A stretch of DNA of 64,000 bases. Source: Laetmonice hystrix (lineage: Eukaryota). The notes under the pieces are model-generated. The model was not told the DNA's origin and made no database searches. It saw only the letters and a list, made by a program, of their open reading frames with translations. Of the stretch, positions 50,799 to 61,700 are shown piece after piece. The stretch lies in the NCBI GenBank assembly GCA_965235115.1, contig OZ249436.1:5272001-5336000 (forward strand), in the 5' to 3' direction. Made by a program: the position numbers and the translations under genes. Numbering within the stretch: the first letter of the stretch is position 1; the number at the start of each line of letters is the position of its first letter.

Positions 50799-50887
50799 TG
50801 TCAGATGGCGTAGCACTGGCAATAAGTGTCTTGACTCACATGCTATGGGTCGCCGGTTCAATCCCAGGCCGAGTCACCTATTTTTTT
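50799..50887 (+). pseudogene. tRNA-derived (SINE-head-like) Pol III cassette inside the Helentron-like element
   Basis: A-box-like tggcgtagcactgg, loop ctcacat (Val-CAC-like), B box ggttcaatccc (50855-50865), then a T run. Partial second copy gttcaatcccaggccgagtcac at ~50911. Stems do not form a complete cloverleaf. Confidence 0.55.
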
Positions 50888-51500
50888 GGACTTTTACCGG
50901 AAGGGTCCCGCGTTCAATCCCAGGCCGAGTCACGTTTCTTTTTGTTTTTGTTTTTTCCCTCTAATTTTTAAAAATGGTCACGTGACCTGAAAAAAAAAAT
51001 ATCATAAAAGAGCATAATGACTTCTTATCTGTGTTTAATAGTAACCAATGCCAAATCTGGCACCGTTTACAAGTTCTAGAAAATTGACAATTTTTCGAAA
51101 TTTCAAAGTCACGTGATTCAGCGAATATTAGTCAAATCGCTTATCTTTTGATGATTTGAGACAAGCTCATGTTAGAGAGTCCTTCTGCCTAATATTGTCG
51201 AATTTCACCAAAAAATGAAGAAGGAGTAGCGATTTAAGAGATTTGTGACTGAGGACACAGTTCTCCCAAAGTTCAAGGTCAAATGACAAATGAAGGGTCC
51301 ATGTTAGACTAGACCCTTGCCTGATTAAAACGCCATGATGGGGTTTGGAAATTCCCAATATGAACGTCATGACGTGACGTCATACGTCACGTCACGTGAT
51401 ATGTCACAACTCATTGTCTGACCAGTCCTTGTCATGGTCAAGATGTGTGCCAAATTTGATTGAGATATCTTGAAAACTGACTGAGATAGACGCCACTGTT

Positions 51501-51524
51501 TACTACTACTACTACTACTACTAC
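51501..51524. repeat. (TAC)8 microsatellite
   Basis: tactactactactactactactac. Confidence 0.9.
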
Positions 51525-52099
51525 AACGCAAAGAATAACTAGACCCGTTGCGGTGATAACCACAATGGATCCCATCCCCGGGGGGGTCCCGTCTACAATG
51601 TCCTGAGCTACGGCTATTTAAAATGATGGTGTCACATGAAAGAGCTATTAGTTCCTAATAGTAATAGTAAGTATGGCTCTAACCATTTACAAGTTATAGC
51701 CCTGAGAAAATATGTATGAGCCCTATCTTGAGCCCATTAAGACTTATAATACCCATTAGAAGATGCAAATGATGTCAATCAAAAGGGGACGCATGATTTC
51801 CTATTCGTGTTCAATATTGAGTATGGGTCTAACTCCTACCATTTACAAGTATAGCCCTGCGAAAAAATAAAAAGGCCTAGGGCTAGGCTAATTTGGCTGC
51901 AAATGCCTGACCTTAGAGTATGATTCAAGACTCTAGCATTGACGAGTTATGAGTTTATGCCGTGCAAAATCCAGGGGGGGGGCACGGGAATTTTGGGACT
52001 TGGCAGAAACACAGCACCAATCGATATCCCTATACTGTGTGCTAAGGACGAGTATGTGGCAAACAACAAGTTCACGTTACTTACATAGACAAGAGAACA

Positions 52100-52975
52100 T
52101 TGGTTTCAAGTTAAGGGGTTTAATTTTTATTTAAAAATGTCAGCGAGATTACTAAACCGCATATAGGCCCTAGGTGAGGAAAATCTGCTATTATTGTCCT
52201 TAAAATATTGAGTAAATCGAGTCATCAATTCTAGGCACTCTTATATTTGACATGTGGACCAAGTTCAGGTTGTTTGGAAATGCTGTACGTTGATGTCAAC
52301 GTATTATCCTGGTAGCTATGGCGTAGATACAGCAGAGGTGATTGGGGACTGGTGATCGAGTATATAGCTGGAGCATCAGTCTTTGTCCCGTTTCTGTTGC
52401 TACCTATAACAGATAACAGTAGAATTTATGAAATTATGTTTTACCGAGTTACAGGTTAAGACACAGATAATCTTAATATTACAAGTTATGGACAAGCATG
52501 TGGTAGACAAGAAATTAACGTTATTTTTAATGACAAGAGAACATTTCAAGTTCAACAGGTTTAATTCTTTTGTTAAAATGTCAGCGAGATTATGATACCG
52601 GATACAAGTAAATATTCTTTTAATACCAGCATCTGCCATTATCACTTTCCGGAAAATATTGCAGTAAATTGAGACATGACTGTGTTCTAGGCATTTTTCT
52701 ATTTGTGATCTTGTCCAAGCTGATGTTAGTACCTTTAAGATGGAAATGTAAATTGATGCATCGAGTTGTCCTTGTTAAAGTGGGTAGCTGTAGCTTTGAT
52801 ACACCAGGCCTTTTTCCCTCGATAGAGGCCGTTCGTCGGTTGTAGACAGGACCAGTGGTCGAGTCTATGGACGGTAGCCGGAGTATCAGTCCCCGTTTCC
52901 TTTCTGTTGCAACCTATAACAGTAGAATTTATGAAATTATGTTTTACGAAGATATAGGTTAAGACACTGGTATTT
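52100..52975. repeat. Two diverged direct copies of a ~450-500-bp segment
   Basis: aaaatgtcagcgagatta at ~52133 and ~52575; cagtagaatttatgaaattatgttttac at ~52417 and ~52920. Confidence 0.7.
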
Positions 52976-53324
52976 TTATGATAATCTTCATACAACAAGT
53001 GTATTAACCTAAATATAGTTTCCTACAAAGAAGAGCTTTAAAATACCTGTGTAATCCAATGTATTGGCGTAGAAAATCATTTCACTTGCACCTGTTGGTT
53101 CAGGCAATATTATTGTGGAAGACGACGTACGTTACTGGACAAACAGAGATGTGAGACGCCAAGACGTATCATGCCTGCGGCAGAAGATATCTTTATGGAA
53201 CTTCTGTTGTGCTGTTGTGGCTGGAAACATGATAAGCATTACGGTACATTATTAAATACTGTAGCTGAAAACATAGAAACTTAATGTCATGTCTATTGTT
53301 TCATGAATTATAATGATGAAAGAA

Positions 53325-53382
53325 GGAGAGATAGAGCAAGAGAGAGACAGGCACAGAGAGAGAGATAGAGCGAGAGAGACAG

Positions 53383-53453
<71 letters not shown>

Positions 53454-53503
53454 CAGAGAGAGAGAGAGAGAGGCAGAGAGGCAGAGAGAGAGAATGAGAG
53501 AGG
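53325..53503. repeat. (GA)n microsatellite
   Basis: Long perfect and interrupted GA run. Confidence 0.97.
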
Positions 53504-53799
53504 GAAAAAACTCACCTATAGATGAATGGGGCCAAATTTGTTCTTGGCAACTCTTTCGATCCGCCCATCTGACATACTGCTAGCAGATGGGCCATCCAGC
53601 ATCGTAGCTGGACTGGTAGAGTCCTCTATACTGATAGTTTGTCGATCTGGTATAGAGGTAGTTCGTCCATCTGGTAAGCAGATTTGTTCTCGCCAACTGT
53701 TTTGATCCACCCATCTGACATACTGGTGGCAGACGGGTCATCCAGCATCCTAGCTGGACTGGTAAACTCCTCTACTGATAGTTTGTCTATGTAGTATAG

Positions 53800-55340
53800 T
53801 GATAGTTCGTCCATCTGGTAAACTGGAATTTCGTCCTTCTGATATACTGGTAGTTTGCGGATCTAGTATATTGGTAGTTTGTCCTTCTGGTAGAGTGGTA
53901 GTTCATCCATTTAGTATAATGGAATCTATCTGGTATACTGGTATTTTGTCCATGTGGTATACTGGTAGTTCCTGAAGCTGGTAGACTGGTAGTTCATTTT
54001 GTGGTATATTGGGAGTTCATCTTCTAGGTAGAGTGGTAGTTAGTCCATATGATATACTGGCATTTCGTACATCTGGTAGAGTGGTAGTTTGGTGATCTGG
54101 TAGGCCTATATTGGTAGTTCCTCCTTCTGGTAGAGTGGTAGTTCGTCCTTTTGAGATCCTGGAGTCTATCTGTTATGCTGGTAGGTCGTCCTTCTGGTAT
54201 ACTGGTAGTTCGTGCATTTGTGTTAATGGAGTCGATCTGGTATACTGGTAATTTGTTAATCTGGTATAATGGTAGTTTGTTCATCATGTATACTGGTAGT
54301 TTGTTCATCATGCATACTGGTAGTTTGTTGATCATGCATACTGGCAGTTTGTCAATCTGGTATCCTGGTAGTTTGTCCATCTGGTAAAGTGGTAGTTCGT
54401 TTATTTGGGATACGGGAGTTTATCTGGTATACTGGTAATTTGTTAATCTGGTATAATGGTAGTTTGTTTATCATGTATACTGGTAGTTTGTGCGTCTGGT
54501 ATACTGGTAGTTTGTTTATCAGGCATACTGGTAGTTTGTCAATCTGGTATCCTGGTAGTTTGTCCATCTGGTAAAGTGGAAGTTCGTTTATTTGGGATAC
54601 GGGAGTTTATCTGGTATACTGGTAATTTGTTAATCTGGTATAATGGTAGTTTGTTCATCATGTATACTGGTAGTTTGTGCGTCTGGTATACTGGTAGTTT
54701 GTTTATCAGGCATACTGGCAGTTTGTCAATCTGGTATCCTGGTAGTTTGTCCATCTGGTAAAGTGGTAGTTCGTTTATTTGGGATACGGGAGTTTATCTG
54801 GTATACTGGTAATTTGTTAATCTGGTATAATGGTAGTTTGTTCATCATGTATACTGGTAGTTTGTGCGTCTGGTATACTGGTAGTTTGTTTATCAGGCAT
54901 ACTGGTAGTTTGTCAATCTGGTATCCTGGTAGTTTGTCCATCTGGTAAAGTGGAAGTTCGTTTATTTGGGATACGGGAGTTTATCTGGTATACTGGTAAT
55001 TTGTTAATCTGGTATAATGGTAGTTTGTTCATCATGTATACTGGTAGTTTGTGCGTCTGGTATACTGGTAGTTTGTTTATCAGGCATACTGGCAGTTTGT
55101 CAATCTGGTATCCTGGTAGTTTGTCCATCTGGTAAAGTGGTAGTTAGTCCATTTAGGATACTGGAGTCTATCTGGTATACTGTTAGTTTGTTTAAGTGGT
55201 GTACTGTTAGTTCATCTTCTTGTATACTGATAGAGTGGAGTCCATTTGGGATACTGGACTTCATTCGGTATAGTGGTAGTTTGTGAATCTGGTATGCTAG
55301 GGTCTGTTTAGTATACTGGGGGTTTGCCTGTCTGGTATAC
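53800..55340. repeat. 11/22-bp minisatellite with a 187-bp higher-order unit
   Basis: Unit tctggtatactggtagtttgt-; the ORF track repeats at 54352, 54539, 54726, 54913, 55100 (187-bp period). Confidence 0.93.
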
Positions 55341-55726
55341 GGACAGTTCGCTCGTATGCTAGTATTTTGACCTAGTAGTAGTTTGATCGTGTACGAAAAA
55401 AGAACGAGTATCAAATAATAGTCAGCTTGGCCTTTGACATGAATAATTTCATATAAGAAAGAAGGATATAATACTATCTAATAATTGATTGACTTATCTC
55501 ATTGATGATCAATACAAAATATATAACTGTATAAATTCATCACACAATATAACAATACTAATTATAAATAAAGTAGTACATGTATATATTTCAAATGCAT
55601 TGTCATTTAATTGAGAATTCTAGTTTCAAGTAAAGATTCATGTAGTAATGTGTATAATATTCATTTGGGGAATTTTAGAGTCTGGTACATTTCTCCACAG
55701 CATCAGATGAAGTACAAGATAAAATA

Positions 55727-58700
55727 TTAAATTTTTAAGAATACTGCATCATGATAACTGTAATATGTTTGTAATACTCCACAGTTTTTGAAATCCACAT
55801 TTTTGACATAGATCACATCTATCAGGGTATTTCCTAGGGTCGTTCCTTGGGTGATTAATTGTTGGTAATTATTGCGAGACATGACATTTTTGATTGTGTT
55901 CTGGCCTTTCATTAAATCTTCATTGAAGTCACCAGCAATTACATAACCCGAATCCTTTACGGTTTCTTCCATTTTCTGTATAAGGTCTTCGAGAGCTGGA
56001 CAGAACAAGTTTGTGGAGTATCGGGACGGGCGGTAAATTACACAAATAGTTAATGGTTTTTCATCAGTGACCAACACAACTGGAATGAATTCAAGGTTTC
56101 TGACAGACAGATGTAGAAGACTATGTGTGATTGTTTTTCTCACATATACTGCCACACCACCTTTTTCAAGCTTTGCCATTGATTTAATATCATAACTTTC
56201 TTGTCTTGTTTTGGATAAAAGATTAAAGTCTGGGTGCTGCAAGTTTGATAGATCTTCACGAGTAGCGAGCCACGTTTCTGTCAGTAATACAACATCTGAA
56301 GTAAATATCTGGAAGTGATTTCTTGTACTTTGAAAATTCTGAACCAATCCTTCAACATTGTGGTGGACAATTAGCAGCCTCCTTTCTGCAATATCAAGTT
56401 CATTTGGTACGAGTGGTTCCATTAGTTCCAATCCCTGTGCAACTCCTTCGTTCCTGTATATTTTATCGGCATTGTAATCTAGGAGATAGAGACCAGCTAT
56501 GTTTGTGACTCTAGAAAGGGCAACATAAGCATGTCCAGATTCAAACATAGTTTTCATGGAGATCACTATTTTGTCCACTGTGAGACCTTGCACTTTGTGT
56601 ATTGTACATGCCCAAGCTAATCTCAATGGAAACTGTCGCCTGATTCCTCCTTTTCTTTCTTGTTCTACAGGATCCAGAGATTCTTCATATGGCATTACTT
56701 TCACTGAACCTATTGGAACTGTGCCGTTATTCTTTTTTTCAGTCAATGCACGGCCAACTTTTTCATTGTCAAATTTAATACACACTGCTTCTGGTAAAGG
56801 TTTACCGTGTTGTGCAGGTAATATGGCAGTTATAGTTCCTATGGCACCATTTGTTATTCCATGTTCAGTGTCAATGTTCTTTGTTACCATGACTCTTGCG
56901 CCAACTGCTATTCTTAAACAACTGGGTAGGCTGTCACTTTTGTCATTGGATTTCTTTGCTGCCCTTTCCTCCAGTTTTGCAGTCTTTTTGTTTCGGATCA
57001 CATCAATAGCTCTAATATCACAGATCTGAGTGCACTTACTTTGTAACATTGTTTCATTGTGTTCATCTACCTCCTTATTTTTCGCATAGATAAACAAAGC
57101 ATCTTGTGGACATTGGTCAGATGGGGTAATTCGTGATAACAGTGTCTTTGTATCGGATTCACTCAAACTTTCAGTTTTTGGTTTTGTTCTGAGCCGATTC
57201 AACAGTGCTGCGAACACGGCGTCTTCTTTTTGTCTCATTATTTCTGTAAGTTCAACATACCTGAAGTATTGCATCCACAAATCACAGGTATTTGGTACAC
57301 AAATTGGTGAACCGGCCCTTACAGGTGGAAGCTGATAGAAATCGCCAACAGCAAGAACAGATACACCTCCAAAAAGTTCTTTACTATGTTTCAGTTGTCC
57401 CAATCGTTTGTGCACATAATTCAGTATGTTGCTTCCCATCATTGAAATTTCATCGATTACAAGAATTTTGATTTCACATAAGGTTGTATTCATGGTATTT
57501 AGGACACTTTCAGTCAGTGGTATGTATGGGCCTTTGCGGGGTTTAATTATTTTGAGTAGAGAATGAACTGTGGTTCCATCAACATTGAAGGCAGCCAGTC
57601 CGGTAGTTGCTGTCAGGAATACTGGTGGTAGGTTCTGCTCACTTTGTTGCCCAAGTAGAATTTTGGTAGCTTCATAGCAGATACATTTGATTAAGAGCGA
57701 TTTTCCAACACCTGCTGCACCACTAAGGAATATTCTAAACGGTTCAGGGCGTTCACCATTGACTTTATCTAGGCACCACTTTCGTATTGTGTAAAATACC
57801 TGTTGTTGTTTTTTATTCATACTCTTTAACATCGGCCTAACAGCTTTGGTAACACATCCATCAACACTGTGGTCAATAGCAAGTCCTCCTGGGATATTTC
57901 CTCTGTCCTCATCACCAATACAGTCGTGATCGTTTGCTAATGGTTCATCACAGCACTCTTCAAAAGCTAGGTTTTCTCGTTCTGCTTCCAATCTACTTAT
58001 CTCCGCTTCATTAGCAATGCTGGCCCATGCATCTTCCAAATTCTCAGAATTTTGCATCATTTGCCATGCTTCCTGCAAGACATCGGTATCTTTTTCATAT
58101 TTCTGCCTATTTTGAGTCACAATCAGTTTCACAGGTTCTATGTCATGGTCCTCACTCACTCTGACTGCTCCGTTTTCAAAGAATTCCTCATATGTAGCAT
58201 ATGCTTGGGGCTTTAATTGACACTTGTGTCTCCATGGCAAGTAAACCTTCATTTGAGCTTGATAATATTTCTCTGGTTTTGTTGTCTTGGAATGCCTGGG
58301 GTACCGAATCACAGCAAAGTTTTCACTTCTTCTTTTCTGTATAATACCACAATTGTTTGTCAGTGTAATTGTATTTCTACTCTTTGCCTGTCCATAAACC
58401 ATTCTGTACTCTGAAGCAAACTGAGCTAGACACATGTTATCAAATTCCACAGTATCAGGTCGTGCTTGGTATCTATCTATAATGTTTTTCATCCAGATTT
58501 CATCATCATCCTCATTTGATTTTGCTTTTGCTTCGATTTGTGATAATGGTAGACTCATTCTTGTTGCATTTTCATCCACTGGTAGGTTAACAACTGCACG
58601 AGAGCATTCTTTCAAGTGTAGATTACACATGCGATGTGCGGCTTCCTGACAACTTACTTCTCGGTAGTTCAGGTACACATTTCCTAATTTCCTCATTTCA

Positions 58701-61700
58701 GTTTTCAAGTCAATATTACCTTCTTTGAGCTCTCTTTGAGCATTGCGTAGAATTTCTGACAGTTCATGCTCAGCTTTACTGATGTATGACAGAATGTACA
58801 TAACACAACTGTATGGGTCTGTGATGTACTGTATGTCCATGTTAGCATTCCAGATGTCAAGGAGAGCTGGGTTGTGAGGATTTGTCCAACAGTCTTTATA
58901 CTCTCGTTTCATTACTATAGATATTTTCTTTGTTGCGATATCGAAATACTTTTTATATGTTTGCCATGTCAGTCCTGCTTTTTGCAAGAGCTCATCAATA
59001 GATGCATCTTCATTTCCAACATCTTCATTCAACAGGTCTCTGAGTTTTGACAATTGTTCTGAGGCATGATGCATGTCTGCCTTGCTTGGTGACTGTCCGT
59101 CAGGCATGGTTGCAGGTCTTGATACAAATGTCCTCTTTGCAACTGGTTTTGGGAAGTTGAATCTACATGGGCGATTCCCCTTTTTGCATGATTTTGTATG
59201 ACGCTTACTATGTTTCTGAAAGCGGTTCACCTTTTCATGCAATTCGTCACCTTCAGGTGGAACTTGACACGAGATGTACTGATCGATAAAGTCACATACA
59301 GTTTGGTCTGAATCTCGGTCTAAAATTGGTGCATCTTTTACCCAGAATAAACAATGTATATGTGGACTTCCTCTTGCCTGCCATTCAACTCTGTAAAAAT
59401 GATCAATGACTTCACCTATTGGTTTTGCTGGAGACATTATCACTTCATTGAGGAACAGTTTTACTCTGTGATCAAACATACGTGCACAAGTAACGGGATT
59501 GGATGCTAGAATGTTGCACTTTTCTTCCCATGACAAAGAATCAACATCAACTGTTTCTCCCTGCTGAGCTTTTATAGCAGTCACAATTTCAGGCCAATCA
59601 TTGTTACAGCTAAATGTACAAAAGAATGTTGGAATACCAAGTTGTCTGATCATGGCAAACAAATCGTGTTGGGTCATTTTCCAATAATCTGGTGAACCTT
59701 TCAGTGTGGGAAAATGTCGGAAACCTGTATCTTCTCTCGTAACATGATCGATACCTTTTCTCTGAGATAATGTGCCTGCTGTTATCTTCCTTCCATCTTT
59801 TGTTTGCTTTCTTCCCTTTCTCAGTGCAATGGATATGTTGCTGGCCATGAATTTCAATTCTGTGATGTACAACGCAAAGAATATGTATTGTGGGTCCTTG
59901 GCAAAACGGTTATCTACGTTCATTAGTCTGGCCTGGAAATATTTTGATGGGGATAATTCAACTGATCTTTCTTCTGTTAAAGTATTTCGACCATCTGGGA
60001 AATGATTTGGAAATGCAAGGGCTTCACCTGATTTGTTTGCATACAAATTCGTGGGTCTATTTTTTTCACATGGTGCAATAGACAAAATACTATCTGGACA
60101 CAATGGTAAGGCCTCCTGGACCATGTCAACAGGCATGAGGAACGTGTCTAATAGAGGTCCTGTTTTCACCTCCTCACACTCATTGTCATCATCATCATCA
60201 TCATCGGACACAATCTTATCAGTATTCTCAGTGTGGGAAGTTCCATTCGTTCGTTGCTGATCAGTCTCAGCAGTGTCAGGTTTATCACTGTCGTATTGCA
60301 CATGTCTTGATTGATCAATTTCAATGTCTGCATAATGTACATTTGCAATTTCTTCTTTTAAATATCTAAGAGCATCGTGAACTTTTTTCAAATCAACTTG
60401 CTTGTACTCATAATGACCTTCATATGAAAGCCTTCGTTTCATTTTGAGCCGAATGATTTGATCCGTGTCAAACCTGGGTAGACTATTTATTGTATCTTGC
60501 AAGTCTGACGGTACCAAAACACATGGGCCTTTTAGTTTTTTTTGGCCACCTTTTGGTAATGTGATGAGTTTCATGAAGGGTACGATTCGCGATATGAGGT
60601 GTTTCTCCAGTATGTTCAATGTTTGGAGTTCATGGGGTAGTGGCTGCAATTCCAATCTGTTTGTGTATGCTTCGTGTGGCATTTTCCCAGCCTTCAAATA
60701 TCTGTCGCACGTATGACATATGTACAAATCTCTCCGTGATTCCCTCAGTACATCACCACTTTGTGTGCACTTTGGATTATAATTGTGTAATAGATCTTCA
60801 CTAATGCAGGCTTTAGCCAAACGTTTCTGAGTAGCAGAAGTTTCATACTTTGTGTTATCGCATTTCAGAACCTGTTTTTTGAAAAGCAGTCTATGGCAAA
60901 CTGAACAGACATATTCTGGGTATTCCTGGACTTTGCTATGAAAAATAGTTTTCACGTTTTGAATCTTTTTACGCTGTTGATTATTTTGTTCCTTCCTTTG
61001 ACAAGCCTTCAGTCTAAGTGCTATAACATTTCTCAAGTACTGGCGTCTTTTCATCTTTTTCATACGCTTCCTTAATACAGGATCAGTCATGGTGGCTAGG
61101 TATTTCAACAGCGCTGATTTTTTTTTCTGTTGCTGATATTGAACATTGGTTTGGTATTTTAATCTCTGTGCCTCATTTATTTTTGACCTGAACAATGCAT
61201 TCTGTCGGTACTTTATCTTGCTGTAACTTTTCACCTTTTGTCTAAAATCCAGATTTTGTTTGTATTTCTGAGAACTGTAACTTTTCAGCTTTTGTCTAAA
61301 ATCCAGATTTTGTTTGTATTTCTGAGAACTGTACCTTTTTGCCTTGTTTTTGAAATCCAGATTTTGTTTGTATTTTTGTGAACTGTAACATTTAATTTTG
61401 TTTCTGTATGTTTCATCAGTTGCATACTTTGTCTTACCATACTGTAAACATTTTTCTCGGTAACTTATATGACTTGCGTATTTACATTTTTTTGATCGAC
61501 TTTCGTTTCCTTTAATCTCTAAATTGAGCCTTCTTTTTTGTGTGTATTGTCTTCCATTTTCTTTAAATTCCAAGTCTAGTCTTCGTTTTCTCATGTATAT
61601 GCGTTCATCTTGTTGGAAACCTGAATCTAGTCTACGTTTCTTGATGTATTCTCGTTCATCTTGTTGGAAGTCTGAATCTAGTCTTCGTTTCTTGATGTAT

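Larger units (their letters stand above)
50114..51538 (-). mobile_element. Non-autonomous Helentron/Helitron-like element; 3' end at 50114
   Basis: Minus strand ends ...ttgtgg-tact-ccacaa-cgtat-CTAG|T (hairpin + CTAG). ~150-bp internal repeats with core gacttcctattc-tgttcaatagtaactatggg. (TAC)n near the far end. Confidence 0.75.

Noticed and set aside
53252..55414. ER/SL-rich and KLPVY-repeat ORFs
   Set aside because: Translations of the (GA)n and 22-bp repeats; the 187-bp period is not a multiple of three.
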